A program made the translations under genes and the position numbers. Below are positions 49,581-59,800 of a stretch of DNA of 64,000 nucleotides, piece by piece (positions within the stretch are counted from its first letter, which is position 1; each line of letters opens with the position of its first letter). The DNA is from Gammaproteobacteria bacterium. Lineage in GTDB: Bacteria; Pseudomonadota; Gammaproteobacteria; Pseudomonadales; Azotimanducaceae. The notes below the pieces were generated by a model that searched no databases, was not told the origin of the DNA, and worked only from the letters and a program-made list of their open reading frames with translations. Where the stretch lies: contig VXSY01000297.1 of assembly GCA_009837725.1 (NCBI GenBank), forward strand, positions 1,278 to 65,277, in the 5' to 3' direction.

Positions 49581-50516
49581 CTAGCGGCTTGGCCGGAACA
49601 CCTCGTCGAGCGAGTCGGCGTCGAGGACCTGGTCGGCCCAGGTCTCGAGATCTCCGGCGGATGCCCGACGCAGCCGTTCGGCGACGCGGGGGGACAGCAG
49701 ACCGAATCGACGCTGCAACTGTCGCTCCAGAACGGACCGTGTTCCTTCCTGCCGGCCCTGCTGCCGGCCTTCCTGTCGGCCCTGCCGCCGGCCTTCCTGC
49801 CGGCCCTCGTTGCGGGCTCTCTGGATGGCTCCTGCCATGGCGGTGCTCTCCTCGGCGTATTCGCGTTCGTAGCGCCGGTACTCGTCCTCGTCGAGGTCGG
49901 CGTAGGCGTCGATGAACTCCATGTATTTTGCCCTCCTGTCGAGGTCCGTTTCCACCGCCGCGAGGCCCCGCACCGCGTCCGCGTAGGCGTCCACCCGACG
50001 CTCCGGCGGAACGCGCATGTTCGGCAGGTTGACGAGCGCTGCGACGTTGCCGCTGTCGCGCCAGTCCTCGTAGGGGGTCTCGGCGAGGCGGCAGGCGAGG
50101 TGGCGGAACGTGAGGTAGGTGTTTCGCTCGGTGCCGAGCGCGAGCGATGCCGGCGCCGCACCGCTGCCGCGCAGGAAGATCGTCACCGGCACCACGCGGT
50201 TGGTGCCGAACATCTGCGCGAGGTCCAGGCAGTAGTGCGCGAGCCGGTGCGGCGAGAACCGCCGCGGCTGTGTCTCCTCCTCGACGACGAACAGCACCGC
50301 GTCGCGGCGGCCGTCGGCCCACTGCACCTCGAGCGGCGCGTCGAGTTCGCGGAAGCGGTCGCCGAGGCGCTCCTTGAGCTGCTCCTGGCGCAGCGGCGCG
50401 ATGTGCACGTCGTCCCCCGGTTCCGGCGCCTCCTCGGCGGCGAAAAAGGCCAGCGCGTCGCGGGGATAGTCAACGATGAGGTTCTTGAAGTTCTGGTCGT
50501 GGCTGACGTTCGCCAT
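49581..50516 (-). CDS. Rpn/YhgA-like PD-(D/E)xK recombination-promoting nuclease (putative transposase) with a DUF4351-like C-terminus
   Basis: SHDQNFKNLIVDYPRDALAFF; ADGRRDAVLFVVEEETQ (D...ExQ nuclease core pattern); C-terminal LERQLQRRFGLLSPRVAERLRRASAGDLETWADQVLDADSLDEVF. Confidence 0.7.
   Translation of the reverse strand: MANVSHDQNFKNLIVDYPRDALAFFAAEEAPEPGDDVHIAPLRQEQLKERLGDRFRELDAPLEVQWADGRRDAVLFVVEEETQPRRFSPHRLAHYCLDLAQMFGTNRVVPVTIFLRGSGAAPASLALGTERNTYLTFRHLACRLAETPYEDWRDSGNVAALVNLPNMRVPPERRVDAYADAVRGLAAVETDLDRRAKYMEFIDAYADLDEDEYRRYEREYAEESTAMAGAIQRARNEGRQEGRRQGRQEGRQQGRQEGTRSVLERQLQRRFGLLSPRVAERLRRASAGDLETWADQVLDADSLDEVFRPSR
49744..49815 (-). repeat. 3 x 24-bp tandem repeat inside the Rpn-like gene, encoding EGRQEGRRQGRQEGRQQGRQEG
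   Basis: Plus-strand units: CCTTCCTGCCGGCCCTGCTGCCGG / CCTTCCTGTCGGCCCTGCCGCCGG / CCTTCCTGCCGGCCCTCGTTGCGG. Confidence 0.9.
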
Positions 50517-50767
50517 GGCTTGTGCTTTGTATTCGGCTGGCGCAAATGGTGGCCCGAACGGGGCGCTGCGCGCTACGGCAGATGGCTTGCACGGGGACGG
50601 GCGGATCTCCTACAGACACGGCCGGGCACGGCGAAGTGTCTGTGTGTCGGGGAAGCCGCAAAGGCGCGCGGGGGAGTGTTGTCGGCGCGGACATCGCTGC
50701 CGTGGGCTGTGGGACGAGATGTTTGTGTGTCGGGCGCCGCACTGATGCACTCGCTGTGGCTGCGCAA

Positions 50768-50851
50768 GTGCTCGCGCGTCCTGCGGACGCGTTCGCGCGT
50801 CCTGCGGACGCGTTCGCGCGTCCTGCCGACGCGTTCGCCAGTCCTGCGGAT
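50768..50851. repeat. 4 x 21-bp tandem direct repeat upstream of the Rpn-like gene
   Basis: GTGCTCGCGCGTCCTGCGGAC / GCGTTCGCGCGTCCTGCGGAC / GCGTTCGCGCGTCCTGCCGAC / GCGTTCGCCAGTCCTGCGGAT. Confidence 0.9.
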
Positions 50852-50990
50852 AGGTTCACTCCAGCAAGTGCGCAGCTATGCGTTCGCCGTCCTCCACCGT
50901 GCCTCTTGGTACGTGTGCCCGCAACCACAGCGGCGCCTCGTCGCCCTCGCTACGAGGGCTGTTGAGAAATGCGGGCTAGCAACCGGGTGC

Positions 50991-51914
50991 CTATGGAATC
51001 GGGTCGTTTGTCGCGACGGTTGTGAGGTCGATGCCGGCGTCGCGGCAGCGGGCGGCGAGTAGGTCCACGCGATGAACGAAGCGGCGTTCGTAGTCGGCGG
51101 CGCTAAGGCTGGCGTCGAAACGAACGCGGCGCACGCCGTCGCTGACGTTGAAGGCACGGCGTACGCTCGGTAGGCGGCGTTCGAGTGGATCGAAGATGGC
51201 GACGAAAGAGGTCGCATTGCGGCTGGCGAGGGCCGTGACCGCATCGAGCCAGTCTTCCCTGGCAGCGAAGTCGCTGATGACGACGATGCGTTGATTGGCT
51301 GGTGCAAGTCGGGCAAGGGTCTCGGGCAGTCGCCCAAGGGAGTTGGCCGTGGCCCGAGCTGGGGAGAGCGCTTGATTGGCTTTCGCGACCGCCGCGAGGA
51401 ACCGTCCCACGGCGACGCTGGAGCGATGCGGTCGAAACGCCACCAGCTCGGTCTCGCCGATCACCACGCCGCCAACCCGATCCCCGGCCTGGAGCGCTCG
51501 CCATGCCGTCCGCGCAGCCACCTCCGCCGCCGCCACGGACTTCAGCCGCGTCACGCTGCCGAAGAACATCGAGCGAGTTTGGTCCACGACGATCAGCGTC
51601 GGCAGTTCGCGTTCCTCGCGGAAGACGCGAATGTGGGCGTGCGCCTTGCGCGCCGTGACCCGCCAATCGATGTAGCGGGCGTCGTCGCCGGGTTGGTATT
51701 CCCGCACTTCATCGAGGTCAATGCCGCGGCCCTTGCGGCGGGATTCGTGCATGCCGACGCGCCGGCCCTTGGCGCGACGGGGAAGGGCCGGAGCGCGCAG
51801 GTGGCGCAGCGCAAGGAGTTCCTCGAGGCTCGCATACACGCCTTTCAGGGCCGGCCCGTCGGCAAACGCCGGCCCTGTCTCGGTCGCCGCAGCGGCAGGC
51901 GATGCGCCCCTCAC
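50991..51914 (-). CDS. DUF58 (VWA-like) protein of the MoxR operon
   Basis: GIDLDEVREYQPGDDARYIDWRVTARKAHAHIRVFREERE...VVDQTRSM. The GTG start at 51912-51914 overlaps the moxR stop (GTGA). Confidence 0.8.
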   Translation of the reverse strand: MRGASPAAAATETGPAFADGPALKGVYASLEELLALRHLRAPALPRRAKGRRVGMHESRRKGRGIDLDEVREYQPGDDARYIDWRVTARKAHAHIRVFREERELPTLIVVDQTRSMFFGSVTRLKSVAAAEVAARTAWRALQAGDRVGGVVIGETELVAFRPHRSSVAVGRFLAAVAKANQALSPARATANSLGRLPETLARLAPANQRIVVISDFAAREDWLDAVTALASRNATSFVAIFDPLERRLPSVRRAFNVSDGVRRVRFDASLSAADYERRFVHRVDLLAARCRDAGIDLTTVATNDPIP

Positions 51915-52903
51915 GGCACCGGCACGTCGCCGAGCAGATCGTCGATCAGGACATCCATCTCGACGCCGCGCGCTTGCGCCTCGAAGGTGGGAATGAGTCG
52001 GTGGCGCATGACATCGTGCGCCACCGACTGCACATCCTCGGGCGAGGTGTAGTCGCGTCCTTCGAGCCATGCCGTGATGCGGGCGCATTGGTCGAGCGCA
52101 ATGGTGGCGCGGGGGCTGGCGCCGTAGTCGAGGTCCTCCCGCGACCGGGTTGCCGCCACCAGCTCGACGATGTAGCGCTCCACCGCCGGCGCCATGAACA
52201 CGTCGCTCGCTTCCCGCCGCGCCCGAAACACGTCCTCCTGCGACAGTCGGCCTTCCGGCTCCTCGCTAACAAGGCCAGCATGCTCTTCCCGGGCCAGCCG
52301 CAGAATCTCGTGTTCCACGGCTGGCGGCGGATAATCCACGCGCACCAGCATGAGAAAGCGGTCTAGCTGCGCTTCTGGCAGCGGATAGGCGCCCTCGTGC
52401 TCGATGGGGTTTTGCGTCGCCATCACGAGAAACAGCGGAGGCAGGGCAAGGGTTCGGCGTCCCACGGTCACCTGATGCTCGGCCATGGCTTCGAGCAACG
52501 CCGACTGCACCTTTGCGGGTGCCCGGTTGACCTCGTCCGCGAGCACCATGTTGTGAAACACGGGCCCCGGCTGGAACTCGAAGCTGGCGGTCTCGTTGCG
52601 GTAGATCTCGGAGCCAGTGATGTCGCCGGGCAGCAGGTCGGGGGTGAACTGGATGCGGTGGAAGTCGCCTTCCACGACGCGCGCGAGTTCCTTGATGGCC
52701 CGCGTCTTGGCGAGGCCGGGGGCGCCTTCGACCAGCAGGTGCCCGCCGCAAACCAACGCCACCACCAGGCGCTGCATGAGGCGGTCTTGGCCCACCACGC
52801 GCTGTTCGAGCCAACGCCGGGCGGCGCGCACGCGAGGAAGCACCGTGCTGTCGGTCACGGCAGGTCTGGCTGGATGGCGTGTAGATGGCCGAGCACTTTG
52901 CAT
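51911..52903 (-). CDS. moxR: MoxR-family AAA+ ATPase
   Basis: VVGQDRLMQRLVVALVCGGHLLVEGAPGLAKTRAIKELARV...FTPDLLPGDITG...LADEVNRAPAKVQSALLEAM. Confidence 0.9.
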   Translation of the reverse strand: MQSARPSTRHPARPAVTDSTVLPRVRAARRWLEQRVVGQDRLMQRLVVALVCGGHLLVEGAPGLAKTRAIKELARVVEGDFHRIQFTPDLLPGDITGSEIYRNETASFEFQPGPVFHNMVLADEVNRAPAKVQSALLEAMAEHQVTVGRRTLALPPLFLVMATQNPIEHEGAYPLPEAQLDRFLMLVRVDYPPPAVEHEILRLAREEHAGLVSEEPEGRLSQEDVFRARREASDVFMAPAVERYIVELVAATRSREDLDYGASPRATIALDQCARITAWLEGRDYTSPEDVQSVAHDVMRHRLIPTFEAQARGVEMDVLIDDLLGDVPVP

Positions 52904-53047
52904 CCCCTATGGATGGAACCGCACGGTAGCCGGCGCGTCGGCGATGTTCAAACGGGTGGGCGCGGGGGCTGTTGGCGCGTGGGCTATGGTGGCGCGTTCT
53001 TTGGGGCAACGCATGTGGCCCCCGTGTCGGTTCGAGGAGGAGTGACG

Positions 53048-54544
53048 GTGGAAATCGAGAGGCAATTGCGTGAGCGCTGGCTTGGGTTTCCGGGCGTGGT
53101 GGTGGCCGAGACGGGTAACGCCGGGAGTCGGGTGATCGAAGGCCGCGAGGGCGAGTATGAAGCCGTGCTCGTGTTCGAGGATGGCTTGAACGGTGAGGTG
53201 GCTGCGCTGCTCACCGAGCATTTCGTTTCCGGCAAGTCGAGCTGGGTTCGCCGGGCTGGGCCGGTGCGACGCGAGACGGTGGCTTCCGATGGCGGTCCGG
53301 CGTCCGTTTGCCTGATCGCGGGGGACGCGCCGATGCGGATGTTGGTGCGCAACTTTGGCTATGCGTCGGCGCGGATGCATGCGCGCCAGGGTGCCGATGC
53401 CCGGGGCCCGGCGCCTGACGAGCTCAACGCATCAGCCACCTTGCCGGCCTTGCTGAGCCACGCGCTGGTGGCGTTCACGCGGGAATACGGGGAAGCGCCG
53501 GCGGCTGGCGTTCCCTCGCTCCCGGTGTGGGCCAACGTACTGCGAGCGGTGGGGCAGGGCGGCACCGAGGCTGAGGTGCGGGAGCGAGCCATCATCTCTC
53601 GGCGGGTGATGCGGGTGGTGCTGCGGGAACTGACCGAGATGGGTTGGCTGGCCGTGGAAGACCCGACGCCCGGGATGCGAGGCAAGGCTCGAGTTCCCAA
53701 GCGGATTCGTCTGACCCGCCAGGGGCTTGCCATGGAGCGGGCAGGACGCGAGCGAGTGGCGGCGATGGAGTCTCGCTGGGAGCAGCGCTTCGGCAGTGAT
53801 GCGGTGGCGCGCCTGCGCGATGCCCTTGCGGGAATCGCGGCTGGCCAAGACTTGGAGTTGCCGCATTATCTCGTGGGCTATGGCATCGCGGATGCATCGC
53901 TCACCGGCGGCAGCTATGTGCCAGCGGAGCCGGGGCCGCCGCGTAAGCCGGCGCGGGGGGAGGAGTGGCCCGTGGTGCCACGTGACGCGAGCGCCGCGCC
54001 CTCGCTGACGTTGCCGGCCCTGTTGTCGTGGGCGTTGACGGCCTTCACCCTCGACTACGAGGCGCACGAGCTCGGCTCCCTCGCGTGGGCATCGGTCTTC
54101 CTCAAGCATGTGCCGGACGAGGGAATGCTCCTCGGCGAGGCGCGCAAGCTCTGCGACGTGGTCGGCAATGGCCGCTCTGGTCCGGAGCGCCATCTGTGCG
54201 TGGTGGTGACGCGAGGCAAGCCTTCGGACACCTCTCGCATGGTGTATCTGACGCCGAAGTCGAAGCATGTGCGCGACGCTTGGCCTAGGCTCGTGCGCGA
54301 AGTGGAACGCGAATGGCAGGAGCGCTTTGGCAGCGCCGTTGCCGACCTGCGACAGGCCCTGGAAGGGTTGGACGCCCAAGCATGGGCCGGCCTGCCCGAC
54401 TATCCGGACAGCACCTCGTGGGCATCAACCCTGCACCTGCGCAGCCAAGGCCAAGCCGACGCCCTGCTTGACCAGCGCGAAACCGGGAGCGGGATCAACT
54501 TGGCATGGCACGCCGGCCAACGGCCGGTCTCCACCCGGGATTGA
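53048..54544 (+). CDS. Hypothetical protein with two tandem winged-helix (MarR-like) modules
   Basis: Internal duplication: LPALLSHALVAFTREY...WEQRFGSDAVARLRDAL and LPALLSWALTAFTLDY...WQERFGSAVADLRQALEGL. The start is uncertain (GTG 53042 or 53048 after GAGGAGGA). The upstream part of the 715-aa track ORF is antisense to moxR. Confidence 0.5.
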   Translation: MEIERQLRERWLGFPGVVVAETGNAGSRVIEGREGEYEAVLVFEDGLNGEVAALLTEHFVSGKSSWVRRAGPVRRETVASDGGPASVCLIAGDAPMRMLVRNFGYASARMHARQGADARGPAPDELNASATLPALLSHALVAFTREYGEAPAAGVPSLPVWANVLRAVGQGGTEAEVRERAIISRRVMRVVLRELTEMGWLAVEDPTPGMRGKARVPKRIRLTRQGLAMERAGRERVAAMESRWEQRFGSDAVARLRDALAGIAAGQDLELPHYLVGYGIADASLTGGSYVPAEPGPPRKPARGEEWPVVPRDASAAPSLTLPALLSWALTAFTLDYEAHELGSLAWASVFLKHVPDEGMLLGEARKLCDVVGNGRSGPERHLCVVVTRGKPSDTSRMVYLTPKSKHVRDAWPRLVREVEREWQERFGSAVADLRQALEGLDAQAWAGLPDYPDSTSWASTLHLRSQGQADALLDQRETGSGINLAWHAGQRPVSTRD

Positions 54545-54668
54545 CGTGCTTGGGAGAGAGGGCAAGGCCATGGGAAGACCGTAGCAGGGCATCGCAATCG
54601 AGAGGGCGCGCGGCGCACCGTGTTCGGAGGCGATATGCTCACGAGGGTTGCGGGACGTCGGAGCGAGC

Positions 54669-55868
54669 ATGGATATCGAGGGTCGGTTTCGCGATGCGTT
54701 CGGTAGGCACGTCGAGGTCGAGGCGCCGTTGGCCGACAGCGGGGCTGGGGTGCGGGTTAGTGGCATCGACCTGACCGACGGCTTGTCGCCGGCGCAGGTG
54801 GAGTGCCTGCTCGACGCACTCGCGCATCGGCGCATCCTCTGCCTTGCTGGACAGAATCTCGCCACATTTTCGCTCCAGCACTTCGAGCGCTTTGCCAACC
54901 ATTGGGGGGCGCCGGTGCCGCATCCGAGCAACTTCCTGCGTGGGGGCAAGCCGGCGCAGATGGATGGCGACAGCCTTGGTGCCATCGAGTGGCGGCCGCT
55001 GGAACAACGCATGGTATCGGCGGTGAACGGAGCGTTTCCTGGTCAACTGCAGTGCCTGCCGCACGAGTCGCCGGCGGTCTTGGTGGTTGCCAACTTCCGC
55101 AAGCCGCGCACAGGGGGAGGTAGCGACGGCAACTCGCTGCGCATTGGCGGTGGTGGCTCGTGGCACACCGACATCGAATACGAGCCGCTGCCCATCTATG
55201 TCTCGATGTTTCTGGTGCATCGGATGCCGACAGCCTGCACCGGCCAGGACGACTGGATCGATGCAAGGGCCGTTGGCCAAGGCCCCTATTTCGAGGGCGC
55301 CGATAGAGCGCTGACGCAGCGACGCGAAGCCCTGCCCCGCAACGCCGAAACCTGCTATGCAGATACCGCGGCCGCCTTCGGAGCGCTGCCCAAGCCGCAG
55401 CAAGAACGGTTGCTCGGCGTGCGCGTGCGCCGTCGCCTCAACGAAGGCGACCCCGGCTGGCTCGCACCGCTCGTGCGCACCAACACGCGCTCTGGTCTGC
55501 GCTCCCTGCACAGCCCCGTGTGGGCATCGCGGCCCAGGGTGCGGCCGCCCATCGAGGTTGAGGGCATGTCGGCGGAGGAGTCCCGCGCATTCCTGGACGA
55601 GCTCGAAGCGCACGTGTTGAAGCCGGAGTTCCGCTACGACCACCCGCACGTGGCCGGCGACGTGACCATCTGGGACAACTACATGACGCTGCACAATTCG
55701 CCGCCGATGAAGGTTGGCATCGACGATGTGGCAGACGCGCGCCTGCTCTATCGGCTGAGCTGCAAGGGCGCGCCGGCGCTGCGGCTACCTCGCCGCGACC
55801 TGCCCGAGTGGCTGTCGGCGCACATTCCCGGCGGCTATGCGACGCCGGACCGGTTGCTGACGGCCTGA
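54669..55868 (+). CDS. TauD/TfdA-family Fe(II)/2-oxoglutarate dioxygenase
   Basis: GGGGSWHTDIEYEPLP (HxD) and VTIWDNYMTLHNSPP (distal His). Confidence 0.75.
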   Translation: MDIEGRFRDAFGRHVEVEAPLADSGAGVRVSGIDLTDGLSPAQVECLLDALAHRRILCLAGQNLATFSLQHFERFANHWGAPVPHPSNFLRGGKPAQMDGDSLGAIEWRPLEQRMVSAVNGAFPGQLQCLPHESPAVLVVANFRKPRTGGGSDGNSLRIGGGGSWHTDIEYEPLPIYVSMFLVHRMPTACTGQDDWIDARAVGQGPYFEGADRALTQRREALPRNAETCYADTAAAFGALPKPQQERLLGVRVRRRLNEGDPGWLAPLVRTNTRSGLRSLHSPVWASRPRVRPPIEVEGMSAEESRAFLDELEAHVLKPEFRYDHPHVAGDVTIWDNYMTLHNSPPMKVGIDDVADARLLYRLSCKGAPALRLPRRDLPEWLSAHIPGGYATPDRLLTA

Positions 55869-55890
55869 TCGCGGACCAAGCGGGGAGCCT

Positions 55891-56793
55891 ATGAACGACG
55901 AAGAGAAGTACCTGTTCGACCTGCGCGGCTACATCGTCGTGCGCAACGTCTTGTCGGCCGAGCAGGTGGACGATCTGTCTAGCCGCCTCGAGGCTCATCG
56001 GAAAACGCATGGCCGCCGTCGGCTGGGGTCGGACCGCACGATCTTCGCGGAGGAAAGCGCCACGGCCTGGGCCGCCCCCTCACTGCTCGAGTGGGGAGGA
56101 ACCTACATCGACCTCATAGACTTGCCGGCAGTTGTGCCCTATCTCGAGGCGCTGCTTGGCACCGGCTATCGACTCGACCACGACTACATCAACGTCGTCA
56201 ACGCCGAACACCCGAGCCAACTCTACCTGCACGGTGGCGGCCAAGGTGCCGGCGGGCCGCAGGATGTGGTGGGCCCCACTGACGGCGGCCAGTGCTACTA
56301 CCACCACAACAACGGTCGCTTCTTCAATGGCCTCGTCACAGTCGCCTTCGAGCTCAACGATGTACCGCCGGGGGCCGGCGGCTTCGCCTGCGTAGCCGGC
56401 AGCCACAAGGGCAACTTCCCACTGCCACCCGACTGGCGGGTGAGCAAGAGACAGGCCGAGATTCCCGATTGCGTCGATCGGGTGGCCGCCAACGCTGGCG
56501 ACGCCATTGTCTTCACCGAAGCCTGCGCCCACGGCACGGTGCCGTGGGAAGGCCCGGGCGAGCGCCGCACGATCTTCTACAAGTACTGCCCCCATGCGGT
56601 GGCGTGGGGCCCGTGCTACTACAACGCCGACCACTACGGCGACCTCACCGAACGCCAACGGGCAATCCTGATGCCCCCAAGCGCCTTCGGCCCCCACAGC
56701 CGAACAGCGGTGATCTGGAAAAAAGCGCAGCAAGAGCAGGCAGAACTGGCGCGCTTGCGGGAGGAAGTGGCAACGCTGCGAGCAAGGGCTTGA
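55891..56793 (+). CDS. Phytanoyl-CoA dioxygenase (PhyH) family protein
   Basis: EKYLFDLRGYIVVRNVLSAEQV...GGFACVAGSHKGNFPLP...AIVFTEACAHGT. Confidence 0.75.
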   Translation: MNDEEKYLFDLRGYIVVRNVLSAEQVDDLSSRLEAHRKTHGRRRLGSDRTIFAEESATAWAAPSLLEWGGTYIDLIDLPAVVPYLEALLGTGYRLDHDYINVVNAEHPSQLYLHGGGQGAGGPQDVVGPTDGGQCYYHHNNGRFFNGLVTVAFELNDVPPGAGGFACVAGSHKGNFPLPPDWRVSKRQAEIPDCVDRVAANAGDAIVFTEACAHGTVPWEGPGERRTIFYKYCPHAVAWGPCYYNADHYGDLTERQRAILMPPSAFGPHSRTAVIWKKAQQEQAELARLREEVATLRARA

Positions 56794-56828
56794 GCGTCGC
56801 TGGGCGCCTATGTTGAGGGTGCTCGCCC

Positions 56829-59800
56829 TTATGGCGTCCCGCAGCTTGCGCCCTCGTAAACCCCCACGTCGTCGATGTCCACGTCGGCGGAGCTTTGGGC
56901 GAAGTCGAAGGCGACGCGGCCGGTTAGGTCGGTTTCCTCCACCGTGAAGGTGTGGCGGAAGCGTGCGTAGGAGGTGGTGAGCTCGGCGCGGAACTGGCCG
57001 CCGGAGATGTTGCTCCAGTTGTCGAGGTTGGTGTCCATGTAGGCGGTGATGTGCCGGCTCGAGGTGGCCTTGGCGCGGTAGCAGAGGGTGTACTCCTGGC
57101 CGCCGATGACCATTACCGAATGGCTGATCTGGGCGTGCCAGGGCTGCTCGGAGGACTCGCGCAGATTCACTCGCACCGCGCCGTTTCGCACTTCGATGGA
57201 GTCTGTCGCGATCTCCACCGTGTTCCAGTTGTCGCGGAACTGGCCTTGGTTGTTGAACGTGCCGCCGCTGGTGATGAGGTTGCCGCGCCGTGGGCGCAGC
57301 ACCGTCTGTTCCGAGAAGAACAGCATGTCGTTGCTGAAGAGCCCTTGTGGGTTCTGCAACTGCAGGAAGTGCAGGCCGCCGTGCCTAGGCGCCCGGGCGA
57401 GCGTGACGAGGAACACTTCGTCGTCACAGGCCGGCAGGTCGCCGGACTCGCAAGCCAGGGTGGCGCTCGCCTTGCGCCCGTCCACGAAAACGGTTGCGCC
57501 CGACTCGATGTGACGGGCATTGAAGCGCAGCGTGAGTTCGCCCGTGAGGAATGGGATGTCCACGTCTCGGGTCTGCGCCTCGATCTCACCGATGGGCCAC
57601 AGCGCCGGCTGGGCGTGGTCTGAGGTAGCGTTGGTGCCGGCTCGGGCGGTGATGGTGAGCAGCAGGTCGCCGGCAGCGGCGTCGCTAACGATGCTGGCGC
57701 GGGTTAGGGCCAAGCGTGGATCGCCCGGCCGGTTGCGGTAACGCGACTTGCGGTAGTCGAGCGCAACCGGTGTCGCCACGCCGTCCTCGTCGAACCGTAG
57801 TCCTTCCGCCTGGAGCATCACCGCGCCCTGATTTGCGGAGCGTTCGAGCGCCCCGAGCATGTGCGCCGTCTGGGCAAGCTCTGCGGTGTCTTCGTTCAGC
57901 GTCACCTGGCGGGCGAAGCTGCCGGAGAAGCCGGTGCGGCCTTCGAGCACCATGTCCCAGATTTCGTCGGAAGCGCCGGCGAGGATCCACATGTCCCGTT
58001 CCGGAAAGCTCGTGTCCATGTTCACGAGCTGCAACAGGTCAATGATGTTGAGCCGGGCTTGGGGCGTGATCATCCAGCGCTCGTAGGCACCGCGCCAAGT
58101 CGGTGCCTCCATGCCGGTCCCCGGCGTGTTGGTGCTGACGAGGAACGGCATGCGATGGCAGGCGCCGCAGGTCTGTGTGCCGGTGTTCGGCTCGGACGTG
58201 TCGTTGATGAAGTTGAACTCGAAGAAGCCGTCCTGGGCGCTTTGGCTCAGCACGTTGTGGTAGGCGCGACTCGGAGCCGGTGCGAACGGCACGCTCAGGA
58301 GGTATTCGGCGAGGGCGTCTCGGTCTGCGGCATCGAGCAGCCCCAGCTTGCCCTCGTCGTTGGTCGGACAGTTGCCCACTTCGCACATGGTGGTGGCCAT
58401 GCTTCCGTCTACGAGCACGCGCGTGCAGCTTGCCGGGTCTTCGATGGAGCAGTTGGGCTCCACCGGTGCGTTGATGGACTGGGTGTTGTTGCCGCCGTAG
58501 GGGTCGCCGGGAATGCCGTCCCATTGGTAGGGCTGGGTGTCCCGCAGGCCTTTCGCCGGCATGGTCAGGCGGGGCGGAATCTGGGTGCAGCCGTCGACGT
58601 CGCAAACCGGCGTTTCCAGCACCCAGATAAGTTGGTCGGTGTGGTTGTCCGGGTGGCAGCTCTCGCAGGAAAAGGTGCCGGTGGAGGAAGCGTCGGCGTC
58701 GTTGAAGGCCATGCGGCCTTGCTTGACGATTTCCGGCGTCGGGTCGGCGAGCGTGACGGTGCGCAGCAGTGCCGGGTTGGCAGTGTCGGCTAGGTTGACC
58801 TGCGAGACGGTGTTGGCGACGGCGTTCAACACCCATGCGTGTCTCAGGGCTCCCGTTCGGTCTGACACCAGCGCAACGCCGCGCGGCGTGGATTCCACCG
58901 AGATTCGACCGAGCACATCGCCGGTGTCGGCGTCCATCGTGAAGAGCTTGTCGGAGCCGGCGGCGGTGACCACCAGGGTCGAGTCGTCGGCACTGATCTG
59001 GATGCCGAAGGGCGTTGCCAGCGCCTGTCCCGTCTCCGGGTGCGTGGGCGGCAGCGGTTCGAGATCGTAGAACACGGGCTCGCCGCAGCGCACCGAGCAG
59101 TCCACCCGCGTGATCTGGTTCAGGAAGGCGCGGTTCTCCATCTCGGCGAGGCCGTGGCCTTCCGTGCCAGCGCGGCCGTTCTCGACGTTGCGAGCGTCCG
59201 CCTGGGCGATGAAGACGCGCCCTTGGCTGTCGATGGCGAGGCCGTAGAGCAGGGTGCCCAGGGATTCGACGATCTGCTGCGGGCGATCCGTGCGGGTGTT
59301 GAAGACAAACATGTCCCGGTCCGGCAGTTCCGGGTTCTTCACGATGTCGGCGTCGTAGTGGGTGGAGAGCACGTTGTTGTTGGTGAAGACGTGCTCGACG
59401 GCATCGAACGTGCAGGTGTCGCCATCGATGTCGTCTTCGAGACAGCCGGAAAGCTGGCTCTGGTTGTTGGACTCGAACGGAAGCACGAACAGCCGGTCGT
59501 CGTGAACGGCGAGCGCCCGCGGCTCCTGGGCGCGAATGGGTAGGTGTCCGGTCACGGAACGCGTCGCCACGTCGATGATGGCGACGCGGTTGGCCGGCGA
59601 GAGCGCGACATAGGCTTTGCTGCTGTTGCTAGCGAAGGCGATGCCCACCGGCTCGTCGAAGTTGGTGGCGTAGGTGTCGGCGTCGAGGTCCTGAACCGTG
59701 TGCACCACCTGATGGAAGGTTGCGCTGGCCGGACGGGCGTCGATCACGCTCACAGAATCCGAGACGTGGTTGACGACCCACACTTCCCGCCGATCGGGGC

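Noticed and set aside
50768-50851. Tandem 21-bp repeats considered as a CRISPR array
   Set aside because: The units are directly adjacent with no spacers, there are only four of them, and no cas genes are nearby.
52397-53041. N-terminal 215 codons of the 715-aa ORF 52397..54544
   Set aside because: This part is antisense to moxR. A GAGGAGGA plus GTG start at 53042/53048 gives a sensible divergent gene.
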